64,000 nucleotides of DNA from Isurus oxyrinchus (GCA_026770705.1 JANJGN010000015.1:35588001-35652000), one strand, 5' to 3'; shown: positions 1-12,530, counted from the stretch's first letter. Notes: a model not told the origin generated them from the sequence alone. A program made the numbers and translations.

Positions 1-284
1 TTGGTCAATATCCCTCCCATCCCTCCCATTTATTATTTTTTTTGAAGGACACTTCTCCCAGCTGCTCTGTCGAGGTTGTATTTCTCTATACTGCTTCACC
101 AAGTGTAATAAATATCCAGGAACAATCAGTTTTCCAATTCCAGCAAAAGAAATCTGAGAAAATACCAACTCTCCTAAAGCTGCTAATAAGTGCCTGGAGT
201 CCTTTCGATATCGTCCATCTTAATCAAATTAAAAAGGAAGCAGAAAATGAATTAGCCTCTATAGCTATACCTACTATAATTTTC

Positions 285-363
285 ATCAAGGGCAATTGGG
301 GATGGGCAACAAATGCTGGCCTTGCCACCGATGCCCACATCCCATGAAAGAATGAAAAAAAAA
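285..363 (+). mobile_element. 3' tail of tRNA-SINE / partner LINE family (same tail as element at 45765-46962)
   Basis: aagggcaattggggatgggcaacaaatgctggccttgccaccgatgcccacatcccatgaaagaatg followed by poly-A; matches reverse complement of 45765-45810. Confidence 0.75.
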
Positions 364-1654
364 CAAATGCCTTATTCGATTTACAGAAAGTTGAGGTAAG
401 TTAAAGAATTACTCCAGCCTATGGTTCTTTGGTGGTTTTACTCTTAAGCTTCCTTTGCCAAATGATAGTCACAGAATAACAACGGGTTTAAAAGTTTTGG
501 AAAGGATTTTTTAACTGCCTGTGTTCCTGAATGTTGTAGTGCTCTGCGAAGAGCTCCTGTTTATAATGTTTTACATGGAGAATCCCTCAGTGACTGGTGG
601 ATGACTCACTAGGGTACTTGATAAGGTTTTCCTCCATAGTCTTTCACTAGGGAATTTTCACAGGAGGTGCACAAGGAGTGCAGCCGATGGTCACGTTGGC
701 ACTTGGTAAAGGGTGACTTTCAAAATTATTTAGATAGTATTGGAAATCCCAATGATGTAATAATTTTTAAACATTACCAAGGATGAGGATTTATCAACCG
801 AACCAAAATTATCTCGGGCCTCAACGGATACCGGCTGGATGAGTTTCTGACCACATTGCTGGTGCAGGGTGGAGGGGATCTTTCCCACTGAGAGTGTATA
901 TTGGAAATTCAGGTGGGCACCGGCTGTGGCTTTCTGGCGGAATTTTCAAAATGTGGTCACAGTTCCCTGCTGGCAGTGGAAAGTTAGAAAATTACTCCCA
1001 AAAAATTTCTAAGGGGCTAACTGGGTCCTGTCATGTTCATTTTTAGATGCTAAATGGCCAACTACAATTCAAAGATGGGGTCCATGATGCAGGCACACTC
1101 TTCCAATGGGAAGTGCACAGGACAGCATCTTGGTAAATGGGTTGATGTTCACACACCGAACAAACTACTAGCAGCAGGCAGATGGTGATGTCAATCAGTC
1201 TGTAATTTTGATCTGACATCAGCATTGCCATTTTCAAATGCCATCCTTCAGCCAGCACTTTGTCTTAGTTATTTCTCAGTGCATTGTCCGTGTTTCAACA
1301 CTTTGTCTTAATCTTGCACAGCTGAATACAATGTTAAATGGAACAAGGGGCATGCCTCCCCACCCCTTCCTGTCCCCACCCACACCACCACCAGCGCGAC
1401 TTAAAGGGTTCATGAACTACTCACAGGTCAGTTGCTAGATTCGTTACCTGGTTGCTGGTGCAATTGTGTATATTTTTAGAGGTTCCCTATACTTGGCTAA
1501 AGTTTGAGAACTCAACAGGATTGGTTGGTCTTGCAATATATTTTTGTCATATAAAACACTTTGTCAAAATAGGTTGTTTCCAGACTTAGGAAGACCTGGT
1601 AGGGGTTCTTCTGGGATTTGAACATGACTGGGAGAATGAAGAGAGACCACTCAG

Positions 1655-1850
1655 AGCAGAACAATCCTGGAGTTTGCAGGTAGTGTGTGAGATCCTTATG
1701 TGACGAGAACTATCAATAAGATTGAAACAATCTAAAGACGTGTGAATCAGTACGAGAAATACACCAGTGTCACATCTTGGATCAAAGATTTGGAATGGGA
1801 ATCATTACAGCAAAAAGGGGGAGAAAAATAGACTATCCATGTTGTCTACA
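1655..1850 (+). mobile_element. Old CR1/L2-group LINE ORF2 C-terminal fragment
   Basis: Decayed translation ILEFAGSV*DPY..INKIETI*RR..TSVTSWIKDLEWESLQQ resembles the LEYxxxVWDPY...SVTxMLxDLxWESL region of LINE ORF2. Confidence 0.55.
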
Positions 1851-1854
1851 TTTC

Positions 1855-2066
1855 CCTGGAATTCACTGCCTGGTTTGGTGGTGAAGGCAGAAACTCTCAA
1901 CTCATTTAAAATGTACCTGTATCTGCACTTGAAGTGCTGTAACCTGTGAGGCTACTTACCTGGTGTTGAAAGCTGGAGTTAGAATGGGTGGCTAGATTTT
2001 TCATTTTCCTTTTTGGCCAGCATAAACACTGTGGGCTGAATGGCCTCCTGTGCTGTAACTTTTCTA
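1855..2066 (+). mobile_element. CR1 LINE 3' end
   Basis: WNSLPGLVVKAETLNSFKMYL C-terminal motif, then CR1-type 3' UTR gggctgaatggcctcctgtgctgtaac. Confidence 0.85.
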
Positions 2067-2329
2067 AGGGTCTGTGTTCTATACAATATGGAATGGACTG
2101 GTGGGAATCAACAGAAACTAATACCTGGTGCCCTCTAGGAGTGACAAAACACAAGGTAGTCATCCACACAAACTACAAAGACCATTTGTTTCCAAGAGAG
2201 TGTATCAACAATCTTTCTTCCTAAAGACAATCCTATATAACTGTTGGTGGAATTCAGAGATTAGTCTGTGATGCCAACACAACTGAAACAGAAGAAGCAG
2301 GATGGCTCTGAGCAAGAGGGCAAATCCAC

Positions 2330-3110
2330 CGAGAGTCTTCAAGGAGCAATTCTCTGATCTGAATTTCAACACCAACAAATATTTGAGATGTTGTTGCTTC
2401 ACAATTGCAATTTGCCAACGGCTGCAGCCATAACTGCAGCCTCGAAGCAGGGCAAGGACAGCATTGCCTGTGTTGGTTACGAATGGATTAACTTTTATCT
2501 GATTCTTTACAGGCTGCTGCCAGAATTTTAAGTAACATCTCACAGTTTGCAGTGCACTGCTGTATAGGGGGTGTCACTGAGGCTCTCTGTACCAAGAGAA
2601 ATGTATTAATCCCATTTCTTTTCACCAGAGACAAGCATGAGGAGTGAGCATGAGGGTTGCATGGATTGAAGGCTTCTGTCTGGTACAGGAAGCCACTGAC
2701 CATAAGCCCATTTCTGTGCATGCTCATCATCCAAAATCAACCACAATTCATCAACAGGAAGTGATTCCATTCCCTCAATGTATAGCTGGTGTGTCACCAC
2801 AGGCAGCACACCATGGAGGTGAATGCTCAATATCCTGGCAGAAGCCACAATTCCTTCATTCAGAGACGGTCCTTTGTGCCAGCACGTTTGAAACACCGTG
2901 GTAAGTCAAAGGCTGGCTGCTGGGCGCCAAGAGTTATTCTTTCTTGGTATGGCTCGCAACTCCAGACAGGAATCCTTGCACATGTATGTGCACAGCAGGC
3001 CGACTGATTTATAAGGCTCCATGCTGCCACATGGAACATTTTAGAGCACAACCGTTAGTGTTGTCATGCAAGGGTTCCACTGACTGCACTGAAGGAGCTT
3101 TAGAACTATC
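2330..3110 (+). pseudogene. PIF/Harbinger (HARBI1-like) DDE transposase remnant
   Basis: Frameshifted blocks ISQFAVHCCIGGVTEAL, IEGFCLVQEATDHKPI (from IAGFPxVQGAIDCTHV), VCHHRQHTMEVNAQYPGRSHNSFI, GWLLGAKSY..WLATP. Confidence 0.8.
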
Positions 3111-3257
3111 AGCTGAGCAGCTATCAAGATTTGTGGTAGTAGGCTACTAGTGTGAAACCTTACCTTCCAACAACGTTATTCATTCCCCCTGCGCTGGATC
3201 CTGTGTACTTTGTGCTCAATGTCTCCTTTCCTCTATCCTAGCCTCTAAAGTCCACAC

Positions 3258-4081
3258 AGGATTGATTTTATGAGTCGTCATATTCCCTGCCCCTGCTACT
3301 CAATCCCCCGACCACAAAGTCAGCTGGGAGTCTGCCCTACGATAAAGTTGGCTGCCCCACAGCCATTTTACACTGGGCAGGCATTAATTGGCTCAGGCCA
3401 AGACTTCTGCCCCCACCTGGGGAGCAAGTCCCACCTTAGCAATCTTTTAATCAATCAGTCAAAGATCAATCAATCTGATTGGCCAGCACCTCTGTTGTCC
3501 TAGCAGCACCAGGCTCAGGCAGTGGCCACTGGGGAACTGCACTCAGTACTCAAAGAAGAGGTCATGGAGGCTGGACTTCAGGTAAGTCCGTGGTATTGTT
3601 GGGGCCAGGCTGGCAAGCCCCAGTGAGGGTGGTGGGGGTTGGGGGGGGGTGGGGGGGGGGGGGGTGGGGGGAGGTGGCGGGGGTGGGGGGGTGAGGGAGT
3701 TGGAGGTTTGAGAGGCCAGGAAAGAGGATTAAAGGTGGGGTGAAGGGAGACCCCTAAAGGTGGTTCACGCCCACCATTCCTGACACCAGCTTGTGCAGTA
3801 ACTGTTGTCAGGGCTACCAGCTTGGCATGAGCATCCCTCTGCTGTGGGTAAAATAGCAGCGGGGGAGGGATAAGGCACTCAATGTCCATTACTTGGCCAC
3901 TTAAGGGCCTCAATAGGCCAAAGATTGGGCAGGCTGCCCAACAGCACTGTTACCTTCTATAAAATTGGAGACAAGTCAGGGGCAGAAGAGAAGGCAGTGG
4001 GCAGGCCATGCAATGCATCCTATGAGCATCCCTTCCCTTGCATTCAGACTCAATGGCTGGGGAGAGTAAAATTTTCAGACC
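3258..4081. mobile_element. Harbinger-type non-autonomous element (MITE-like) with internal G-rich tract
   Basis: Ends ggattgatttta / gtaaaattttcagacc resemble the GGGNNGAATTTT TIRs of other Harbinger copies here; interior similar to 5471-6050; no coding motif. Confidence 0.5.
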
Positions 4082-4229
4082 ACAGTGTCAGTGTCAGAGC
4101 TAATGGCTGCGAGTTCAAGATCAAGTGACTGTTCCTCTTCAACTTCACTGCCTTCTTCCTCTTCCGCCTCTGACTGTGCAAGTTCCAGTTCCTGAGCACT
4201 TGAAATGAAAGAGGCACAAGGAGTGGCCA

Positions 4230-4510
4230 TAGTGATCAGGGAGAGGAGAAAGGAAGGAGTGTGTGCTTATGCCATCTGCAACCTGTGAGCCAGAAGAGAA
4301 AACTGTGGGATGAGGGAGAAGTGGGAAAACAGAACGAGTGTGAGGTTTGCAGACACCCTCATCATCAAACCCATCAGGCAGTGACGATGGCCTCAGCAAT
4401 GCTCCTTTTCAATGATGGTCAGTTCTGTCTCCTCGATGGGGATTAAAACATGTAGACATACTTGGCCTCCTCCAGTTCTTTCCTGCTCCCTGTTGTTATG
4501 CGCAGGTGAA
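4230..4510 (-). pseudogene. Harbinger Myb/SANT accessory gene, exon 2 remnant
   Basis: Minus strand AHNNREQERTGGGQVCLHVLIPIEETELTII, homologous to KLAHNSRERSQTRGG at 60733. Confidence 0.65.
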
Positions 4511-6199
4511 AACTGAGTGGAAAGAGGGAGTTAAGTCTTTGCACAGCTAATTTAACGACACCTTGTTCCAGTCAGACTGGGATAACTCGGATTAAAATTA
4601 CTCTGTGGGAACACTGGCAGAAAGAGGTGACAGAGAACCTGAAAGAAAATGTTAAATGTCAAGAAGTGTCTATAAGCTGATATGAATTTTAAAACACTGG
4701 CAGACTATGTGCAGTGGTTAGCTGGCATACACTCAGACTGTGGGTGATTGTAGTAACTGATTCTGTGCCCCCAGCTGCAAAATGTCCTTCCTCAAAAGTC
4801 TGAAGCAGTAGCAGGTGTAATAAACAGGACCCCATTTACCCACAGATTCACTGAGTCTGCTTTCAGCAACTCCTTCACTCTCATAACAAACTCCAATATG
4901 AAATAAACATTCCCATACTGGATAGCAGCAAGCTCTGAACCAAGAGTTATTTAGGAGTTCAATGAACAAGTAAACATGGCACAACTAAGGTCGGATAATT
5001 TCTCAGGAAAAACCCATATCATGTTCAGACCTGTTCCTTGTGAACAAATTGTGGGAACATCTAGCTTTGTATGCTATATTTGCTCATGGAACAAACTTAG
5101 ATAAGACACATTTTAAAATCCATTCTATTTAAAGCAATAATTTTGCCAATATAGTTGTTAAGTCACAAATATTTTAATGTTTTGTTTCATAGTAAGAATG
5201 TTAGAAGTGCTCATTCACAGCCATCGCTTGGACCTCACAAGCTCATATGGCCTTATTTGTCCCATTGTGTCAGTCACAGATATCGCTGATAATTTCCTTG
5301 TGTTATTCTCCGCCCACATCACTCTTGCCCCTTTCTAACCCCACTTCCTACTCTGTCCACCCCTGACGAAGCTCTCTCTCAAGTAAGAAACAACTGCACT
5401 TCCAAATTCTCAGTCTTCAGCTAGATGATGAATTACGTCCACCTTTGATGCCCCAGTCCCCGTTAAAACCAGGGGTGGAATCTTGTGGAGGTAACACGGG
5501 TGTCAGAGACCGGCTGGAGAGCCAGTGAGAGTTTCACATTGCTTCTTTCTGAGAGGGTCGCCCCCACCCACCCACCCTCCCCGACATCATTGGGAGATAA
5601 AAGGCTGGCCTTTCTCCTGGATCAGTGATCCTGGGGGCAGAAGTCCTGCCTGCTCAGTGCTGCCAACCAAACAGAGGCAGACAGCTCTTTACTCAACAGA
5701 GCCACCAGGAAGACAGTGGCTTTGGCGGGACTGCACCTGCCAAGGCCCCGGAGCGAGGAGGGATCCAGGCACAGGTGAGTGATGAAGGGAGGAGGATCAA
5801 AGGGTGGGGTGCTGTGGGAGAATGGTGGGGGAAAGGGATTCGGCAGCGAGGGCATGAGGATGGCTCTCAGCAACTCCCTTATCCCGATGCTCAGTGTCTT
5901 GATCAGGCACTGAATGCCTTTGAACGAGGGGCCCCAACAGGAGCTGGCTTGCAAACACATCAGGGCTTGCTCGTCATGCTCCCTGCATGGCAAGCCCCTG
6001 TCACCCCACTCCACCCGTCCTCCCCTCCACCGTTGCTGGATTAATACCAACAGTAGGATGAAGTCATTATGTGGTGTGGCAGGTACTGAAGGACTTGATC
6101 TGAACTTCTAGACTTCTGCACAAACCATTTGCTGTCAGACATGAGTGCAAGAGGAGGCATTGCCCTTGGAATACAGTGCGTCTGGGAGAATGAACAGAG

Positions 6200-7260
6200 G
6201 TCAGAAAAAGCAGGACATGCTGCTAGAAGGAGGAGGAGGCGGGGGTGAGGGGGGGGGTGCGTGTGGGGAAGGGCTGTCAGCTGAAGACCATATCCACCCA
6301 GGGTGTTCAGGGAGCAAATCTCCTATGTAAAGCTCAATGGCAAGCAATGTTTGAGACACCTGCACTTCAGTAAGGATGTTGTCACTGAAATCTGCCATCT
6401 ATTGCAGCCACAACTCTAACCTCAGAGCAGGGCAAGGATTGTGAAGGTAACCATGGTGAAGAACTTCTATGGGTTGGACTCATCCTAGGCCGGCACTGGA
6501 GATTTGTGCAATATCTCATAGTTTGCCCTCCACTGTTGTGAAAGGGAGATCAGTGGTGCTCCTTATTCAAAAAGAGCTGAATACATTTTATTCTCTTGCC
6601 AGAGAGAAGCATGTGGAGTGAGCACACAACTTGGCTAAGATTGCAGGCTTCCTCATGGGGTGGAATGCTCTTGAATGCAGCACCTCCCTCTGTGGCTATC
6701 CCATGTCAACTCACCTTATACCTTAACTGAAGGGGATGCCATGCCCTCAATGTCCAAATGATGCCTGACCATTGGTAGAAAATAATGCAGGTCAATGCCC
6801 AGTATCATGGCAGCAGTGTTGATATCTTCATTCTGTGACAATGTGTTGTGCCAGCTGCATTTGAGCCAGCATGGCAAACAGAGGGTGGCTACTGGTTGAC
6901 AGGAGCTATCAGCTGACCCACCATATGGCTCATGATTCCCGTGTGTAACCACGTGAGCAGTCTACATCCAGTGAAACTGTATTGTGCATGAGTACAGCAG
7001 ACCATTGGCAATGTGAAATAAGGCTTCTGTTGCCTCTGTAGGAGCCCTGCTGTGCTCAGCAGATTGGGTATCAAGGATGGTGCTGGTCTGCTATATGCTG
7101 CACAATAACCTTGCCATCATGTGGGCATAACCCTTGCCACCTGGCATATGACGAGCAGCTGAGGAGCAGGAGAAGAATGAGGAAGAGAGGAGGCAACATA
7201 GGCAGCCACATTCTGTCTGGGTAGTCCGTGATGAACTCATCCAAGTGCAATACCAATAAC
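6200..7260 (+). pseudogene. Harbinger transposase remnant
   Basis: RPYPPRVFREQISYVKLNGKQCLRHLHFSKDVVTEICHLLQPQL*, MQVNAQYHGSSVDIFIL, WLLVDRSY, VCYMLHN; many stops and frameshifts. Confidence 0.85.
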
Positions 7261-7419
7261 TACAAACCCAACTCTCCATTCACCGACTCCTCAGCTTCCC
7301 TCTGTCATTGACCATTACAGTGTCTGCTTGGTCACACCCACCACAAAATAAACATTCCAAACTAAATTTATTAATCAAATCATTCCTAATGGCATACAAA
7401 AGGCAACTAACCACCCTTG

Positions 7420-8955
7420 TACATTCACTTAGAGTCTTCCTTGCAGATACCTTTACCTGTCCTAGCACCCTTATGCAGTGCTAACCCAGCGGCTGCAATA
7501 TGGCTGGTGGAAAGCTCCTCATCACTGGGGGAGGCTGCAGATGACCTTGGAGGCTCATCTCCAGGCAGCTCTGAGGTCCCAGCTGTCCATATCTTGGCAT
7601 GTGTGGCAGCAGATTGCACTGGCTGACTGATAGACGACATTAAGAGTATTGGTGGAGTGGCAGCGGTGGCAGGATGAATGCTGTAAACCTGAGAGAGAAC
7701 AGCAGCCTCGTGCTCCATGGAGGCACTGCCACTCACTTGGGGTGGCTTATCAGCAATCCTAGTCCTCTGCTGGAAGACAGACTGTTGGACAGCTATGAGG
7801 GCCTGCAAGCCCCTTTGAGTCCTGGTAGCGCAGTAAAGGTGGCAGCAGTCCAAGCCAAGTGGCAGAAAGCTGAGCTTGCATAGGAGAAGTCAGAGTTTCC
7901 ACTGCAGCACTCAGAAATTGGGTGGTTTCTGTTTGTGCTGCAATGGAAACTGACACTTCAGATGTCAGATGTTGCACCATGTTCAGGTCTGCAAGTGTTC
8001 TTGTGGAGTTGGACACCACTTCCGTGTTGTAAAGATGGGCATGAGCTCTACCCGACGCCCTGTGTCAACTTGGTGCTGGTCTCCCCTGTGCCCATTGACA
8101 TTCTGGCAGGCCTGCCAGTGCACTAAGCAGTTCATGTGCATTCCCATCAGCGTTCTTCTGTAATTTGCACCATTAAAGTGCTCATCAATGTCCTCTGCAG
8201 CCGAATCCTTATTTGGAAACAGGAGTTATTTGCTTGCAACATTTGGAGCTTCTAAATCAGAAGAGTGTGGGATGAGATGGAAGTGGGATATGAGAAGGAG
8301 GGTTAAGGATGAGGATGCTATCATCTATTTTTCAGTTCTGTCACTGGCCATGGCTACAGTAATGGTCATTCCAATGATAGTGAACAACGTTTTCCTCATC
8401 AGGATAAGGACATGCAGCCACACCTGTCCCCTGCTGGTGAGTTTTTGCTGCTTCTAGTTGTGCACCATCTTGTCCTGTAAAGGAACGGGAAGTGTGTCAG
8501 TGAGTTAGATGCAACCTGGCTGATGTAGCTGTCAAAGCTGAATAGTTGGCAGTTTGTGCAAGCTGTGTGATGTGGGTGTCAGGCTTGCAGTAGTGTTACA
8601 TGTGGGGCAGGGGAGATGAAGCTACGAATGTTAGATGTGAACCCTGGTTGATAACGATTGTTCTTAGATGAGTGATGGGGGTGTGGTGAATTGAGCAGTG
8701 AGTGAGGCTGGTGGTGCAGTTGAAGATGCACTCACTGACCTTGACCATTCACAAGGTCATTAAACTCCTTGTGGCATGGCATTCAGATCGTTGGCACTGG
8801 ACTCCTGGCATTGACTGTCACAAATATCTGGTCCCAGTACCTTCTGAGAATTTACCTGGATGGCCTTCAGGGCACAGCACTCCACTGTACCTCCTTGACA
8901 TCAGTGCTGCATTGGGAAATCTTTGAGCTGGGGCTCTTGCTTTCTGTGCCATTCT
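7420..8955 (-). pseudogene. Harbinger Myb/SANT-like accessory gene remnant (3 exons)
   Basis: Exon 1 MAQKARAPAQRFPNAAL..WDQIFVTVNARS..CHKEFNDL then GTCAGT donor near 8739; exon 2 DKMVHN*KQQKLTSRGQ near 8330-8474; low-complexity exon 3. Confidence 0.75.
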
Positions 8956-9284
8956 TGTGTTGAATGACTTCCAGCATCTGCTTCAGCCACAATCCACCTT
9001 TAAGAGATGCAGGCTGGCTTTGAGTAGTGCAACTACCTATAATTGCTGCTAGCCTCTCAAAGTTTGGGCCTCCTATTGAGGCCTGCAGCCTCTCAACAGC
9101 GCAGTTAGTGCTGGCTGCATGCAACGATCATTTAAGTGATCAGGCAGCATGAAGCTGTTATGCTGCCTGCCTCAGAAGCAACAGACATGGGTACATACCA
9201 CTTCATGATCCTCATGCCTGCTTTCAAGGGGCATTGAATTTAACCCCCATCATTTCTTGTAGCAGAACAGTTGTTACTCAGAGA

Positions 9285-9822
9285 GAACAAATTTCAGGTG
9301 ATTCACAAAACAAGCAAAGATGACATGAGAAACATTGCTTTATACTGAGTTGTTATGATCTGGAATGCACTGCCTGAAGAGCGATGGAAGCAGACTCAAT
9401 GGTGACATTCAAAAGAATAAGACAAATATTTGAAGGGAAAGAATTTACAAGGCTATGGATGTTCTGTATGGATAATGATATAAAGATACCAATCACTCAC
9501 ACGGGATTGTGTAAACATGTTGTGGGTTTATTTATTTAGGTCAGGCATCTAAGAGCAGCTATACAAAGGTAGAAATCTTGAAGACATCAGCAGCAGAGCT
9601 GTGTGTGCTATGCTCTGCTCACAGGCCAAAGTGAAATTGAGACTGAATCATATGACACACTTCCCTTCTAATGATGGCATGCTGCTATCCCTTAAAGGTA
9701 TATTACAGCAATGGGGAAAGAGCAGGGCTTGGATTAATCTACCAAAGAGCCAGCACAGGCACAAAAAACCGAACAGCCTCCTTCTGTTCTCCCCCGTTCT
9801 ATAATTCTATACGATTCTACGG
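9285..9822 (+). mobile_element. CR1 LINE 3' fragment interrupted by a solo LTR
   Basis: atctggaatgcactgcctgaa (IWNALPE); ggctatgg continues as atggggaaagagcaggg across the LTR; ttctat-type tail near 9797-9820. Confidence 0.75.
9460..9710 (-). mobile_element. Solo LTR (~250 bp)
   Basis: TG..CA termini, 5-bp flanks atgga/atggg, AATAAA on minus strand, homologous to 9998-10273. Confidence 0.7.
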
Positions 9823-9997
9823 ATGGGCATTTACTGTAATTTCCACTCATGGGATAGCCAATTTAAATTTCCAGGCCAAAAAAATTCTGTAAAAATTTTC
9901 CTGGATTGCTGAAGAGAATTAAATAAAAAAATTCCGGAATAGTGACACTGCCAAGATTAATGTTAATAAAACAATTTTCACCCACCTTTGTGACACC

Positions 9998-10273
9998 TGT
10001 CATGTTATCATAATGATATAATACCTTGGGCTTATTTACTGTACAAGACACAAGGCACCAATCATTCATAAGGGATTGGGTACACACGTTGTGGGTTCAT
10101 TTATTAAGAATAGGCTCAGAAGAACGATTGTACATAGGTATAAACCTTGAAGACATCAGAGTTGTGTGTGTCTGTGCTCTGCTCAAAGCAAAAGTGAAAC
10201 TAAGACTGGATCACATGACACATTTCCCTTCTAGTGATGTCATGCTGGTATCCCTTAAAGGCACATTATAACA
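9998..10273 (-). mobile_element. Solo LTR of the same family, with Penelope inserted at its edge
   Basis: tgtcatg..tataaca termini; flanks acacc (9993-9997) / acatc (11243-11247); shared core aaagtgaaa.t.agactg.atca.atgacaca.ttcccttcta.tgatg.catgctg.tatcccttaaagg. Confidence 0.7.
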
Positions 10274-10274
10274 A

Positions 10275-11230
10275 AACAAAAACAGAATTACCTGGAAAAA
10301 CTCAGCAGGTCTGGCAGCATCGGCAGAGAAGAAAAAAGTTGACGTTTCGAGTCGTCATGACCCTTCGACAGAACTTGAGTGAGTCCAAGAAAGGGATGAA
10401 ATATAAGCTGGTTTAAGGTGTGTTGGTGGGGGGAGAGAGAGAGAAGTGGAGGGGGTTGGTGTGGTTGTAGGGACAAACAAGCAGTAATAGAAGCAGATCA
10501 TCAAAAGATGGCCTAAACAACAGAACAAAAGAACACATAGGTGTTAAAGTTGGTGATATTATCTAAACGAATGTGCTAATTAAGAATGGATGGTAGGGCA
10601 CTCAAGGTATAGCTCTAGTGGGGGTGGGGGGAGCATAAAAGATTTAAAAATATTTAAAAATAATGGAAATAGGTGGGAAAAGAAAAGTATATAATTTATT
10701 GGAAAAAACAAAAGGAAGGGGGAAACAGAAAGGGGGTGGGGATGGAAGAGGGATCTCAAGACCTAAAGTTGTTGAATTCAATATTCAGTCCGGAAGGCTG
10801 TAAAGTGCCTAGTCGGAAGATGAGGTGTTGTTCCTCTAGTTTGCTTTGGGCTTCACTGGAACAATGCAGCAAGGATAGACATGTGGGCAAGAGAGCAGGG
10901 TGGAGTGTTAAAATGGCAAGCGACAGGGAGGTTTGGGTCATTCTTGCGGACAGACTGCTGGTGTTCTGTAAAGCGGTCGCCCAGTTTACGTTTGGTCTCT
11001 CCAATGTAGAGGAGACCACATTGGGAGCAACGAATGCAGTAGACTAAGTTGGGGGAAATGCAAGTGAAATGCTGCTTCACTTGAAAGGAGTGTTTGGGCC
11101 CTTGGACAGTGGGGAGAGAGGAAGTGAACGGGCAGGTGTTGCATGCTGATGCTGCCAGACCTGCTGAGTTTTTCCAGGTAATTCTGTTTTTGTTTTGGAT
11201 TTCCAGCATCCGCAGTTTTTTTGTTTTTAT
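10275..11230 (-). mobile_element. Penelope-like retroelement, 5'-truncated, with inverted terminal segment
   Basis: Minus-strand CNTCPF..NLVYCIRCSQCGLLYIGETKRKLGDRFTEH (GIY-YIG); 11144-11230 is an inverted copy of the 3' end; 13-bp TSD cacattataacaa at 10262-10274 and 11231-11243. Confidence 0.92.
10336..10376 (-). ncRNA. Minimal type I hammerhead ribozyme motif (Penelope pLTR)
   Basis: Minus strand aagtt CTGTCGA a gggtc atgac gactc GAAA c GTC aactt: stem I aagtt/aactt, stem II gggtc/gactc. Confidence 0.75.
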
Positions 11231-11564
11231 CACATTATAACAACATCCATGCCTACACCATGAACAATCAACCCCATTTGAGTCAAAACCTTAAAACACT
11301 TCTATTGTCCCCACATTTGATTTTTCTATCACTCTAATAGCCAGTCCTATCCTTCACTGTTCAGTGTCTTTACTTCCACCCTTCACAAGTGGCAATACAT
11401 TTAGGATTCCATGGTCCACACCTCCGTATCCAATCCTCCTGATCCTCACTCTTGCCAAGTGATTTTAGTCCTGTGGTTTGCAGCAATGTTTTCATTTATA
11501 ATTTTAAATCTCCCCATAAATTTAGCCCACTCTACCTCAGTAATTTCACCTAGTAACACAAATT

Positions 11565-11682
11565 TTATTAATTGAATTTAAATTCTAGCAGCTGTAGTGG
11601 GGGGATTTGTACCCATGTACCCAGAGCATTAACGCTGGGCCTCTAGATTATCAGTCCAGTGACATTACCACTATGCCACCAT
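11565..11682 (-). mobile_element. tRNA-derived SINE head fragment (family of 36099-36412)
   Basis: Minus strand ggtggcatagtggtaatgtcactggac..gggtacaaatcccc with A-box and degenerate B-box. Confidence 0.75.
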
Positions 11683-12234
11683 CTTCAATGGGCAATGTTG
11701 GTTAGAGAAAGAAGTACACAGCTTCCAAATTTTTTTGATGAAGGTCGGCTTAACAAGGCGACACCTGGAATACGTCTTTGCATTCACCTTTTAATTCTGT
11801 CACACCTGGTTACTCCATGTTACTAGTATCCTCCACTCCATCATACTTCTTTCAGCCTTTATACCTTTTCTGCATAGGACTCACTCTACAAATCTCCCTG
11901 TCTTGCCTACAAGACTCTCTTCAAAACTTTCCTTTTCAACTGACTTTCGAATCTCTGACTCCAACTTTTCCCTCCTCTCCTTCTGTTCAGATCCATTGGG
12001 TGAGATTTTAATTCATTCAAAACCCATCCAATTACACAGAGTTGAAATCAGGTCCCTTGTTTTCCCTCCACTCTGTGAAGCAGTGTGAGTTGTCTTTCTG
12101 TGCATGAGAGGTTTGATGATGTGACCTGTTATTATTCTATAAGAAATATTTTCAGGTTTCCAGCATCCCAAAAAATACAACTTCCATACAATCTGTCATC
12201 TCCAGATGTACCTTACATCTTCAATACTAAAGAA

Positions 12235-12530
12235 AGATGCATATTGATTTATATAGCAACTTTTATGACCTCAGAAAATTCCAAAGCACTTTAAAACCAA
12301 CTTTTGAAGTGTAGTGACATATTGGAAACATGACAACCAACTGCACACAGCAAGTTCCCACAAACAGCAACGAATTAAACAATCAGACCATCTATTGTGT
12401 TTTGGTGTTGGTTGAGGGATAAATATTAACCAGGGCACTGGGTGAACTCCCCTTCTCTTTGAATAATGCCATGGGAACCTTTACATCTATCTGACAGGGC
12501 AAGCTGGGCCTCGATTGAACACGCTGCACT
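12235..12530 (-). mobile_element. Deu-domain SINE (SacSINE1/AmnSINE1-like) remnant
   Basis: Reverse complement of 19090-19420: gtaaaggttcccatggcattattcaaagagaaggggagttc..atatttatccctcaaccaacacc; L2-like tail. Confidence 0.75.

Larger units (their letters stand above)
5471..9248. mobile_element. Decayed PIF/Harbinger transposon, convergent transposase and Myb/SANT genes (left part may be a separate MITE)
   Basis: TIR-like ends ggggtggaatctt and ttgaatttaacccc; both gene remnants inside. Confidence 0.65.

Noticed and set aside
42-347. 101-aa ORF at window start as host exon
   Set aside because: Last part is SINE tail, no recognisable domain, weak splice signals; cannot be supported.
4733-4984. 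Minus-strand ORF or possible exon (ELAAIQYGNVYFILEFVMRVKELLK)
   Set aside because: Weak donor, no recognisable homology, no partner exons.
10853-11233. 126-aa ORF MIKTKKLR..GIY-YIG as a novel fusion protein
   Set aside because: Chance in-frame join of the inverted pLTR with the endonuclease frame; frameshifted near 10870 and no expression evidence.
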